Source: a virus
Lineage: Duplodnaviria > Heunggongvirae > Uroviricota > Caudoviricetes
Virus record (IMG/VR): IMGVR_UViG_2703719355_000002
Location: 1 to 12,551 of that record
DNA: 12,551 nt
Reading direction: 5' to 3' (one strand)
Made by a program: the position numbers and the translations under genes. The notes below the pieces were generated by a model. That model was given only the letters and a program-made list of their open reading frames with translations. It was not told the DNA's origin and did not search any database. Below, piece after piece: positions 7,309-12,496 of this stretch; the stretch's first letter is position 1, and each line of letters opens with the position of its first letter.

Positions 7309-8085
7309 TCACCTGTCGAAAAACACGTAGCCAGTTTTCGATACGGTGATTGCGGATGATGGTTTGGATTGTGGTTGAATAGTTTCTGGCTTCTCGTCGT
7401 TCCAGCGCTGACCGTTCAGGTAGCTCGATGGTAACAACCTGTCGAATCCGAACTGCTTACCATTCCTGCATGCGATGTCTTCTGCCAGCATCGTGGCAAA
7501 CTCGCTTGCCGTACCCCTGGTAGTTTTACGCCATTCCCTGAACTGTGTTCTGAATGCTGAAGCTGCGTTTTTCTTCCCGGCTTTCCGCATGCCTGCACAC
7601 CAGAATATTTCCTCGAACGCCTTGTCGGTTTCTTCGTGACGGTCAGGAGTTTTTTCACACTCTGTTCGGACATGTTCGAACATAATGTTTTTAGGTTCAT
7701 TGACTGGTTCAAAAGAGTGATAGGTTCTGGGGGCAGCTCCTGCCCCACCCCCTAGGGCAGCTCCTGCCCCACCCCGGGCAGCTCCTGCCCCACCTGATTC
7801 TGGTTGGATTTGTTGTGCATTATCCAGCGTCAGATAAAAAACGTTTGACTGGTTAAGCTCTCCTTTTCTTCTGAGTTCCCTTTTCAAAAGCCCCATCTCT
7901 TCCAGTGCCCTAATGTGATTTTTTACTGTCGATCTGCTCACCTCACACTGGTCAGCGACATGTTGATATGAAGGCCAGCATTCGCCATTATCATTGGCGT
8001 TATCGGCAAGTTTAATCAGAACCAGTTTTCTCAGTGGGTTGCCAACCTTTATATTCATGGCCTTAGCCATAAGATTCATGCTCAT
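7309..8085 (-). CDS. Replication initiator (O-like): N-terminal HTH DNA-binding domain, Gly/Ala linker, C-terminal DnaT-like domain
   Basis: 258 aa. N-terminal LRKLVLIKLADNANDNGECWPSYQHVADQCEVSRSTVKNHIRALEEMGLL is a typical phage replication-protein HTH; central GGAGAARGGAGAALGGGAGAAP linker; the C-terminal domain resembles DnaT-like replication proteins (lower confidence). GGAGAA RBS. Located between cII and the primase-helicase. Confidence 0.8.
   Translation of the reverse strand: MSMNLMAKAMNIKVGNPLRKLVLIKLADNANDNGECWPSYQHVADQCEVSRSTVKNHIRALEEMGLLKRELRRKGELNQSNVFYLTLDNAQQIQPESGGAGAARGGAGAALGGGAGAAPRTYHSFEPVNEPKNIMFEHVRTECEKTPDRHEETDKAFEEIFWCAGMRKAGKKNAASAFRTQFREWRKTTRGTASEFATMLAEDIACRNGKQFGFDRLLPSSYLNGQRWNDEKPETIQPQSKPSSAITVSKTGYVFFDR
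7729..7794. repeat. Three tandem copies of the palindrome GGGCAG-CTC-CTGCCC (period 24/21 bp) inside the initiator gene: candidate origin iterons
   Basis: Seen directly: ggggcagctcctgcccc at 7730..7746, gggcagctcctgccc at 7755..7769 and 7776..7790. They encode the in-frame Gly/Ala linker. Analogous to ori-lambda iterons inside the O gene. Confidence 0.6.
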
Positions 8086-8225
8086 TTTGACTTCTCCGAA
8101 GTTTTGTACCTGTTAAGTATTTCTCTCAGTGGCACAGCTATTGCTGGATTAACCCCTTGATAAAACTGGTCACGTAGCACATCTTTTCGGTGATTAACGC
8201 GTTTATTTTCCTGCGTTTTTCGCAT
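8082..8225 (-). CDS. Small basic hypothetical protein, 47 aa (MRKTQENKRVNHRKDVLRDQFYQGVNPAIAVPLREILNRYKTSEKSK)
   Basis: Internal start of ORF-track ORF 8082..8393; ATG 8225..8223 has a GAGGT RBS (GAGGTAATTATATG) and lies just after the cII stop; its stop overlaps the initiator ATG (ATGA). The upstream part of the track ORF overlaps cII in another frame and is rejected. Confidence 0.4.
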   Translation of the reverse strand: MRKTQENKRVNHRKDVLRDQFYQGVNPAIAVPLREILNRYKTSEKSK

Positions 8226-8247
8226 ATAATTACCTCGCTGGATGTTG

Positions 8248-8547
8248 TTAAAATTCCATTTGTATTTGATCAGAACGCTCGGTCTTGCACACCGGGCGTT
8301 TTTTCTTTGTGATTTCATCAAGCGCATACTTAAAAGCCCTGCTAATCGGACTGATGTCTGATGCCATTCCGAAAGCACACAAGACTGAAGCAATAAATCT
8401 CCAGTCCGTTCTGCTTATCTTCGATTCATGACAGCCAATCATCTTTGCCAGACCGCGCTGGGTAAGCGTTGACAGGTTGATGAGTAAATCTGTTTCTGCG
8501 CGATCAACGTCGCGCTGTGATAGTTTGCTGTAACTTGTTTGTTCCAT
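8248..8547 (-). CDS. cII: CII-like transcriptional activator (lysogeny establishment)
   Basis: 99 aa; HTH region plus a C-terminus KKKRPVCKTERSDQIQMEF that matches my recollection of lambda CII (...KKRPAATERSEQIQMEF). Position between cro and the replication genes. Confidence 0.85.
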   Translation of the reverse strand: MEQTSYSKLSQRDVDRAETDLLINLSTLTQRGLAKMIGCHESKISRTDWRFIASVLCAFGMASDISPISRAFKYALDEITKKKRPVCKTERSDQIQMEF

Positions 8548-8557
8548 TTCTTATGAT
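8525..8557 (+). promoter_or_regulatory. PRE-like CII-dependent promoter: TTGC-N6-TTGT (8525..8538) with -10 TATGAT (8552..8557)
   Basis: Plus-strand TTGCtgtaacTTGT lies inside cII codons 4-8 on the opposite strand, the same arrangement as lambda PRE (TTGC-N6-TTGC in cII codons 3-7); TATGAT sits 13 nt further on, matching lambda spacing. Would drive antisense-cro/cI transcription. Confidence 0.5.
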
Positions 8558-8599
8558 TTCCAATAGTGAATATTACGCATCTGTTGATGCGTTTTTTGT

Positions 8600-8637
8600 G
8601 GGGACGAATCATCCCCGACCTGATTGTTTAAAGAGCG
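8600..8637 (-). promoter_or_regulatory. nutR-like site: boxA CGCTCTTTAAACA (8637..8625, minus) and boxB hairpin GGGGAUGAUUCGUCCCC (8616..8600, minus)
   Basis: boxA closely matches the boxA consensus as I recall it (CGCTCTTA / rrn GCTCTTTAACAA). The boxB hairpin (5-bp stem GGGGA/UCCCC, 7-nt loop) is identical to the one at 10819..10835 on the plus strand. Located just downstream of cro, as in lambda. Confidence 0.6.
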
Positions 8638-8644
8638 GTGTTAC

Positions 8645-8869
8645 TTATGCTGCCTGATTCGGTTTTGGAAACAGGTGTGGCAAATCGGGGCGAATTTCAT
8701 AAGCCTTGATCTGCCCTCCAGTGGCGTTAACGATGGCGGTAACTTTCTCTGGAGAGACCAACCCGCCTTTCAGCCATTTGTGTACTGCTGGCTGCGTTAC
8801 ACCACACTTGTCGGCAAGGCGCTTTTGGCTACCGACAATTTTCAAGGCTCGTTGAATTACTAAATTCAT
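8645..8869 (-). CDS. cro: Cro-like repressor (HTH), 74 aa from ATG 8869..8867
   Basis: HTH QKRLADKCGVTQPAVHKWLKG; divergent from cI across the operator region; AGAGGT RBS 6 nt upstream of the chosen ATG. The ORF-track start at 8890 has no RBS and would place the start inside the promoter. Confidence 0.8.
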   Translation of the reverse strand: MNLVIQRALKIVGSQKRLADKCGVTQPAVHKWLKGGLVSPEKVTAIVNATGGQIKAYEIRPDLPHLFPKPNQAA

Positions 8870-8902
8870 GAGCATACCTCTTGTGGTCATTACTTATAAC
8901 CA

Positions 8903-8931
8903 AAGATAACTCAAGTTATAAAAAATAGCAA
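8903..8931 (-). promoter_or_regulatory. PR-like promoter (-35 TTGCTA at 8931..8926, 17-bp spacer, -10 TATCTT at 8908..8903)
   Basis: Read on the minus strand; the -10 and spacer are overlapped by the operator at 8906..8919 and the -35 abuts the operator at 8931..8944. Predicted start about 25 nt upstream of the cro ATG. Confidence 0.5.
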
Positions 8932-8968
8932 TAACCTTTGTTATTTTACTTTGGATAACCGTAGTTAT
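8906..8968. promoter_or_regulatory. OR operator array: three 14-bp palindromes ATAAC-N4-GTTAT at 8906..8919, 8931..8944 and 8955..8968
   Basis: ATAACTCAAGTTAT, ATAACCTTTGTTAT, ATAACCGTAGTTAT; centres spaced 25 and 24 bp, in the cro-cI intergenic region. The same consensus recurs at the proposed OL (10710..10748). Confidence 0.65.
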
Positions 8969-8971
8969 AGA
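8966..8971 (+). promoter_or_regulatory. Candidate PRM -10 (TATAGA), which would make cI mRNA leaderless
   Basis: TATAGA lies 9 nt upstream of the cI ATG at 8981, inside/adjacent to the third operator; no good -35, as expected for an activated PRM. Weak by-eye call. Confidence 0.25.
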
Positions 8972-8980
8972 TTTGTGGGT

Positions 8981-9688
8981 ATGAAAACATTCGCAGAAAG
9001 ACTAAATGCAGCCATGAGCTCAGCAGGTGTGTCGCAATCACAGCTTGCTGACATGGTTGGAATATCTCAGCCAGCCATACAGAAGATGTCATCCGGTAAA
9101 ACAAACGGATCTCGCAAGATGGTTGAATTAGCCAATGCTTTAAAAGTACGCCCTGAATGGCTTAGCTCTGGTATTGGTGAAATGAGGGATGGTACACATG
9201 AAGAACCATCCAATGTCCGTGAATCATCTTTAAAAGCTGTGGTATGGGAAGATATTAAAAGAAACGATGACGAGTTTGTCGCGTTGCCTCTTCTTAACGT
9301 TTCGCTTTCAGCTGGAAGCGGTAGCTGCGAGCTAGAGGAATCATCAGAGTTCTCTTTGGTTTTCAGAAAGTACTATCTGAAAAAGATGGGGGTATCTGAA
9401 AGATCAGCCAAGCTAGTTAGGGTTGTAGGGCAAAGCATGGAACCAACGCTTCACGACGGAGATGTTGTTGGCGTTAACACACAAGATACCACAATCAGAG
9501 ATGGTAAAACCTACGCTATTTGCCAGTCTGATTTGTTACGAGTAAAAACATTAATCGCCACCCCAACATCGGTGATAATCAGATCAATAAATCGCGAAGA
9601 GTACCCAGATGAAGTAATGGATAGAGATGAATTTAATAAAACCGTAAGGATTATTGGCAGAGTATTCTGGTCGTCTCATAGTTGGTAA
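8981..9688 (+). CDS. cI: CI-type prophage repressor (N-terminal HTH, C-terminal LexA/S24 autopeptidase domain), 235 aa from ATG 8981
   Basis: HTH QSQLADMVGISQPAIQKMSSG; Ala-Gly cleavage site in SLSAGSG; catalytic Ser in GQSMEPT and Lys in LRVKTLI. The TTG start at 8951 proposed by the ORF track overlaps the third operator, so ATG 8981 is preferred. Confidence 0.9.
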   Translation: MKTFAERLNAAMSSAGVSQSQLADMVGISQPAIQKMSSGKTNGSRKMVELANALKVRPEWLSSGIGEMRDGTHEEPSNVRESSLKAVVWEDIKRNDDEFVALPLLNVSLSAGSGSCELEESSEFSLVFRKYYLKKMGVSERSAKLVRVVGQSMEPTLHDGDVVGVNTQDTTIRDGKTYAICQSDLLRVKTLIATPTSVIIRSINREEYPDEVMDRDEFNKTVRIIGRVFWSSHSW

Positions 9689-9723
9689 CCAGTGGCCTGA
9701 AGAGACGTTTGGATAACACGTAA

Positions 9724-10161
9724 ATGATTAAAGAACGTATTTCTTATATCATTCCGATTGCGATGGATGAAGGCAACCCAGTAACTCCGGTTCTTATCTA
9801 TGAAATGGATAAAGACTCCCATGAAGTGGATCTATCATTTGGCGCTTTTTTTATCGGCCTTAAGGCTACAAAAAAATATTCCATAGGCATTGAGGTTTTC
9901 AATGCTCAAGAAATACCGATACCAATTGACACAAAACTGTACTCCAACCATAAGTTTTTTACGGTAGCAGAAGCCAACGATGGAGAAACCATCGTATCAA
10001 CTTCTATGAGAATTAACTTCCCAAGGGTGAAAATTATCAAGCCTGGGATATTCGAAGTTAGAGCATCACTGGTTAATCCTGATAAAGGCGAAGTAATTGA
10101 TGTAAAAAGTTCGTTTTTTGACGTGAAGATAACAGGATCAGTTCGCGATGAGTTTAGATAA
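9724..10161 (+). CDS. Hypothetical protein, 145 aa, first gene of the cI-linked cargo cassette (rexA position)
   Basis: ORF begins 36 bp after the cI stop, same strand; AT-rich; no motif I recognise. Its 3' end overlaps the next ORF by 14 bp. Confidence 0.6.
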   Translation: MIKERISYIIPIAMDEGNPVTPVLIYEMDKDSHEVDLSFGAFFIGLKATKKYSIGIEVFNAQEIPIPIDTKLYSNHKFFTVAEANDGETIVSTSMRINFPRVKIIKPGIFEVRASLVNPDKGEVIDVKSSFFDVKITGSVRDEFR

Positions 10162-10519
10162 CAAGGTTGCTCAGCTTCGTCCAAATCAAAACATATCTCG
10201 CCCAATTGGACACTATTCAACTGATGATGCATACTCACGGCATGGTGGAGGAAACGGCGGAGGTAACATGCTTGAGGCTAGAGTTGCAAAGCTAGAGTCT
10301 GATGTTGAATACATCAAGCGCGATATCGCTGAGGTAAAGTCAGATATAAAATCTGTAGATTCTCGTCTGTCAGGTATTGAGACAAGCATTAACTCAGCAA
10401 AAACCACCATCAAGGCATCTGCGGTCGTTGTCAGTTTCGTGTTCGCATTTTGCGCCTACATTTTTGGAAGTTATGTTTCCAAAATCCTTGATGCCTTAAA
10501 CGGACTCGTTCTTAAGTAA
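10148..10519 (+). CDS. Hypothetical membrane-anchored coiled-coil protein, 123 aa (possibly 83 aa from Met41), second gene of the cassette (rexB position)
   Basis: Gly-rich N-terminus (SRHGGGNGGGN), heptad-like coiled coil (LEARVAKLESDVEYIKRDIAEVKSDIKSVDSRLSGIETSIN), single C-terminal TM helix (ASAVVVSFVFAFCAYIFGSYV). Architecture resembles XhlA-like small membrane proteins. The alternative start at 10268 has a GGAGGT RBS. Confidence 0.6.
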   Translation: MSLDNKVAQLRPNQNISRPIGHYSTDDAYSRHGGGNGGGNMLEARVAKLESDVEYIKRDIAEVKSDIKSVDSRLSGIETSINSAKTTIKASAVVVSFVFAFCAYIFGSYVSKILDALNGLVLK

Positions 10520-10524
10520 CACAC

Positions 10525-10553
10525 AACCCGGCCACCGAGCCGGGTTTTCTTTG
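10525..10553 (+). terminator. Rho-independent terminator ending the cI/cargo transcript
   Basis: AACCCGGC-caccga-GCCGGGTT (8-bp stem) followed by TTTTCTTT, 6 bp after the cassette stop codon. Confidence 0.75.
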
Positions 10554-10709
10554 CCTCACGTTCGCCCTCCCATATTTAATAGCCGCAAATGTGGTAAACC
10601 GCGAACCAACTCACCAGCAATACCCCCTCCAACTACAGACCAATCTGCAACATTTACAAAAATAAAATACCTTTGCTATCCATCACTTATAACTTATTTA
10701 CCACAAAAT

Positions 10710-10751
10710 ATAAACTAAGTTATTGACCATACCCATAACCTAAGTTATCTT
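10710..10751 (+). promoter_or_regulatory. OL/PL-like: operators ATAAACTAAGTTAT (10710..10723) and ATAACCTAAGTTAT (10735..10748), with -35 TTGACC (10723..10728) and -10 TATCTT (10746..10751)
   Basis: Same palindrome consensus and 25-bp spacing as OR; same -10 hexamer as PR; 17-bp spacer; rightward orientation toward nutL and the N-like ORF. Confidence 0.55.
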
Positions 10752-10796
10752 TAAGCCATCAGCAGGACGCAGGAAGCCAAACGGAACAGATTGGCA

Positions 10797-10835
10797 GGCT
10801 CTTTAACATTGATGGAATGGGGATGATTCGTCCCC
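10797..10835 (+). promoter_or_regulatory. nutL-like site: boxA GGCTCTTTAACATT (10797..10810) and boxB GGGGATGATTCGTCCCC (10819..10835)
   Basis: boxB is identical to the nutR copy and boxA is near-identical; both are oriented in the direction of early transcription, about 45 nt downstream of the predicted PL start. Confidence 0.6.
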
Positions 10836-10990
10836 ACCAAAGAGAGGTTGGCTTTGGGATTTGATGAATGCGCAGGTCGATGCGCTACCACTTAGCGGTG
10901 AGCACCTGCATTTTGGGCAGGATGGATAGCCGCAATAAGGGGATCGACACATGACATCAAATCACCAAAGTCAATCATCGGAGGTATCCA

Positions 10991-11197
10991 GTGAAAGCAA
11001 GAGGGATTCGCAAACTCGAACGCGCTCGTAAGCACAAAGAGGCGACAGCAAAACGTAAAAATATTGACCGTGTTTCAATGGTGGTTTCGCTAGCAGGAGC
11101 GAATAGGAAGAAGGTTGAATGTGGTTCGTGCTGCCTGCCAAACGTAGCTCTTTACGCGGCAGGCTACCGGAAATCAAAACAACTGACAGCGAGGTAA
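10991..11197 (+). CDS. Candidate N-like antitermination protein, 68 aa, GTG start, Arg/Lys-rich N-terminus
   Basis: First ORF downstream of PL/nutL; GAGGT RBS 5 nt before the GTG; N-terminus MKARGIRKLERARKHKEATAKRKN resembles arginine-rich motifs of N proteins. Shorter than lambda N (107 aa) and without recognisable sequence identity, so the call is positional. Confidence 0.45.
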   Translation: MKARGIRKLERARKHKEATAKRKNIDRVSMVVSLAGANRKKVECGSCCLPNVALYAAGYRKSKQLTAR

Positions 11198-11199
11198 TT

Positions 11200-11493
11200 A
11201 TGGATATTTCATGTATTGAACAATTACTAATTGAGAAAACGAAAGAAATGCTTGATGTATTGGACATAAAAATATCTGAGTTAAAAGATACACCCGCGAC
11301 ACAACTTATTCTCGAACGTAGTCGAAATAAATTCTTAGAGTTAAGCCCTGACGTTCAAAATATAGCATCTAAACTGCTGGCTACATTGATTGAGAGGAAT
11401 GCATTGTTATCGATGTCATCAGATGAACGAAAAAAACTGGCGAACGAAGATGCTGCAACCATCCGCCAGGCATTCGAAATTTTGTTTTCTTAA
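11200..11493 (+). CDS. Hypothetical protein, 97 aa (start at internal ATG 11200 of track ORF 11119..11493)
   Basis: GAGGT RBS 4 nt upstream; ATG lies 2 nt after the N-like stop. Predicted helical; no family recognised. Confidence 0.55.
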   Translation: MDISCIEQLLIEKTKEMLDVLDIKISELKDTPATQLILERSRNKFLELSPDVQNIASKLLATLIERNALLSMSSDERKKLANEDAATIRQAFEILFS

Positions 11494-11658
11494 TTACTTA
11501 CTGTTTATTCTGATAATCTCATCAAGAATTTTTTCATAAACAACTGTGATTGGCTTTCCGTCAATGCCAGGGGCAAGATTACCGGCTCTGATAAGCTCAA
11601 CAATAATCTGTTGAGCGGCTTCGTGTGGGTTGGTTTTAGGATTAACAATATCTGTCAT
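11494..11658 (-). CDS. Small hypothetical protein, 54 aa (MTDIVNPKTNPHEAAQQIIVELIRAGNLAPGIDGKPITVVYEKILDEIIRINSK), antisense to the PL operon
   Basis: Internal start of track ORF 11494..11814, with AAGAAGGG 7 nt upstream; the longer N-terminal extension runs through the direct repeats and looks non-coding. Confidence 0.4.
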   Translation of the reverse strand: MTDIVNPKTNPHEAAQQIIVELIRAGNLAPGIDGKPITVVYEKILDEIIRINSK

Positions 11659-11672
11659 AACAAAGCCCTTCT

Positions 11673-11719
11673 TTTGACTGTGGAAACAACAGTCTACCCA
11701 TTTCCTTTGACTGTGGAAA
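11673..11719. repeat. Direct repeat: two copies of TTTGACTGTGGAAA (11673..11686, 11706..11719), 33 bp apart
   Basis: Seen directly; located immediately upstream of the minus-strand 54-aa ORF start, so a candidate regulator binding site or promoter element. Confidence 0.5.
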
Positions 11720-11869
11720 GTGAAGGAACCACCGAGCCTGATGTGGTTAAAAGACAGGCATACTAATAAACACTGCACTGTGTATTCATTCCAACGAGTG
11801 AATACACGGAGCAATGTCGCTCGTAACTAAACAGGAGCCGACTTGTTCTGATTATTGGAAATCTTCTTT

Positions 11870-11897
11870 GCCCTCCAGTGTGAGGGCGATTTTTTTC
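11870..11897 (+). terminator. Rho-independent terminator within the PL operon (tL-like)
   Basis: GCCCTC-cagtgt-GAGGGC followed by GATTTTTTTCTG on the plus strand; 18 bp upstream of the next ORF. The reverse complement has no T-run, so it is unidirectional. Confidence 0.65.
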
Positions 11898-11914
11898 TGT
11901 GAGGATATGAACAG

Positions 11915-12283
11915 ATGTCAAACATCAAAAAATACATCATTGATTACGACTGGAAAGCATCAATAGAAATTGAAATCGACCATGACTTAATGACAGAGGA
12001 AAAACTTCACCAGATTAATAATTTCTGGTCAGACTCTGAATACCGACTCAATAAACACGGCTCTGTATTAAATGCTGTATTAATCATGCTGGCGCAACAT
12101 GCTCTGCTTATAGCAATTTCAAGCGACTTAAATGCATATGGTGTTGTGTGTGAGTTCGACTGGAATGATGGAAATGGTCAGGAAGGATGGCCTCCAATGG
12201 ATGGTAGCGAAGGAATAAGAATTACCGATATCGATACATCAGGAATATTTGATCCAGATGATATGACTATCAAAGCCGCCTGA
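11915..12283 (+). CDS. Ea10-like protein (by position upstream of cIII), 122 aa, acidic C-terminal half
   Basis: ORF-track ORF; occupies the lambda ea10 position. The name is positional and from memory of the lambda gene order; I cannot verify the sequence. Confidence 0.55.
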   Translation: MSNIKKYIIDYDWKASIEIEIDHDLMTEEKLHQINNFWSDSEYRLNKHGSVLNAVLIMLAQHALLIAISSDLNAYGVVCEFDWNDGNGQEGWPPMDGSEGIRITDIDTSGIFDPDDMTIKAA

Positions 12284-12355
12284 GCGCGGCGTTACCGCAT
12301 ACCAATAACGCTTCACTCGAGGCGTTTTTCGTTATGTATAAATAAGGAGCACACC

Positions 12356-12496
12356 ATGCAATATGCCATTGCAGGGTGGCCTGTTGCTGGCTGCCCTTCC
12401 GAATCTTTACTTGAGCGAATCACACGTAAATTACGTGACGGATGGAAACGCCTTATCGACATACTTAATCAGCCAGGAGTTCCAAAAAATGGATAA
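12356..12496 (+). CDS. cIII: CIII (FtsH/HflB inhibitor that stabilises CII), 46 aa
   Basis: Hand-translated: MQYAIAGWPVAGCPSESLLERITRKLRDGWKRLIDILNQPGVPKNG, matching my recollection of lambda CIII residues 1-46 including the conserved amphipathic helix; AAGGAG RBS 7 nt upstream. Stops 8 codons short of lambda's 54 aa. Confidence 0.8.
   Translation: MQYAIAGWPVAGCPSESLLERITRKLRDGWKRLIDILNQPGVPKNG

Noticed and set aside
7416-7748. Minus-strand ORF (110 aa) overlapping the initiator in another frame
   Set aside because: Out-of-frame overlap with the better-supported initiator ORF; no independent start signals.
7729-7794. Possible CRISPR array
   Set aside because: The repeats are directly tandem palindromes with no spacers, lie inside a coding sequence and encode a Gly/Ala linker; interpreted as origin iterons.
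8226-8393. N-terminal two-thirds of ORF-track ORF 8082..8393
   Set aside because: Overlaps cII in a different frame; only the part downstream of the cII stop, which has its own RBS and ATG, was retained.
8624-8863. Plus-strand ORF (79 aa) opposite cro
   Set aside because: Antisense to cro, no RBS; this region would be PRE-transcript leader rather than coding.
8951-8980. TTG start extending cI by 10 codons
   Set aside because: Would place the start codon inside the third operator/PRM; the ATG at 8981 with a leaderless arrangement fits the lambdoid paradigm better.
9906-10413. Minus-strand ORFs 9906..10238 and 10213..10413 inside the cargo cassette
   Set aside because: Antisense to the two co-directional cassette ORFs, which are translationally coupled and terminated by a clear terminator; Ser/Leu-rich shadow translations.
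10971-11267. Minus-strand ORF (98 aa) opposite the N-like ORF
   Set aside because: Antisense to the PL-proximal ORFs, no RBS; Ser-rich low-complexity translation.
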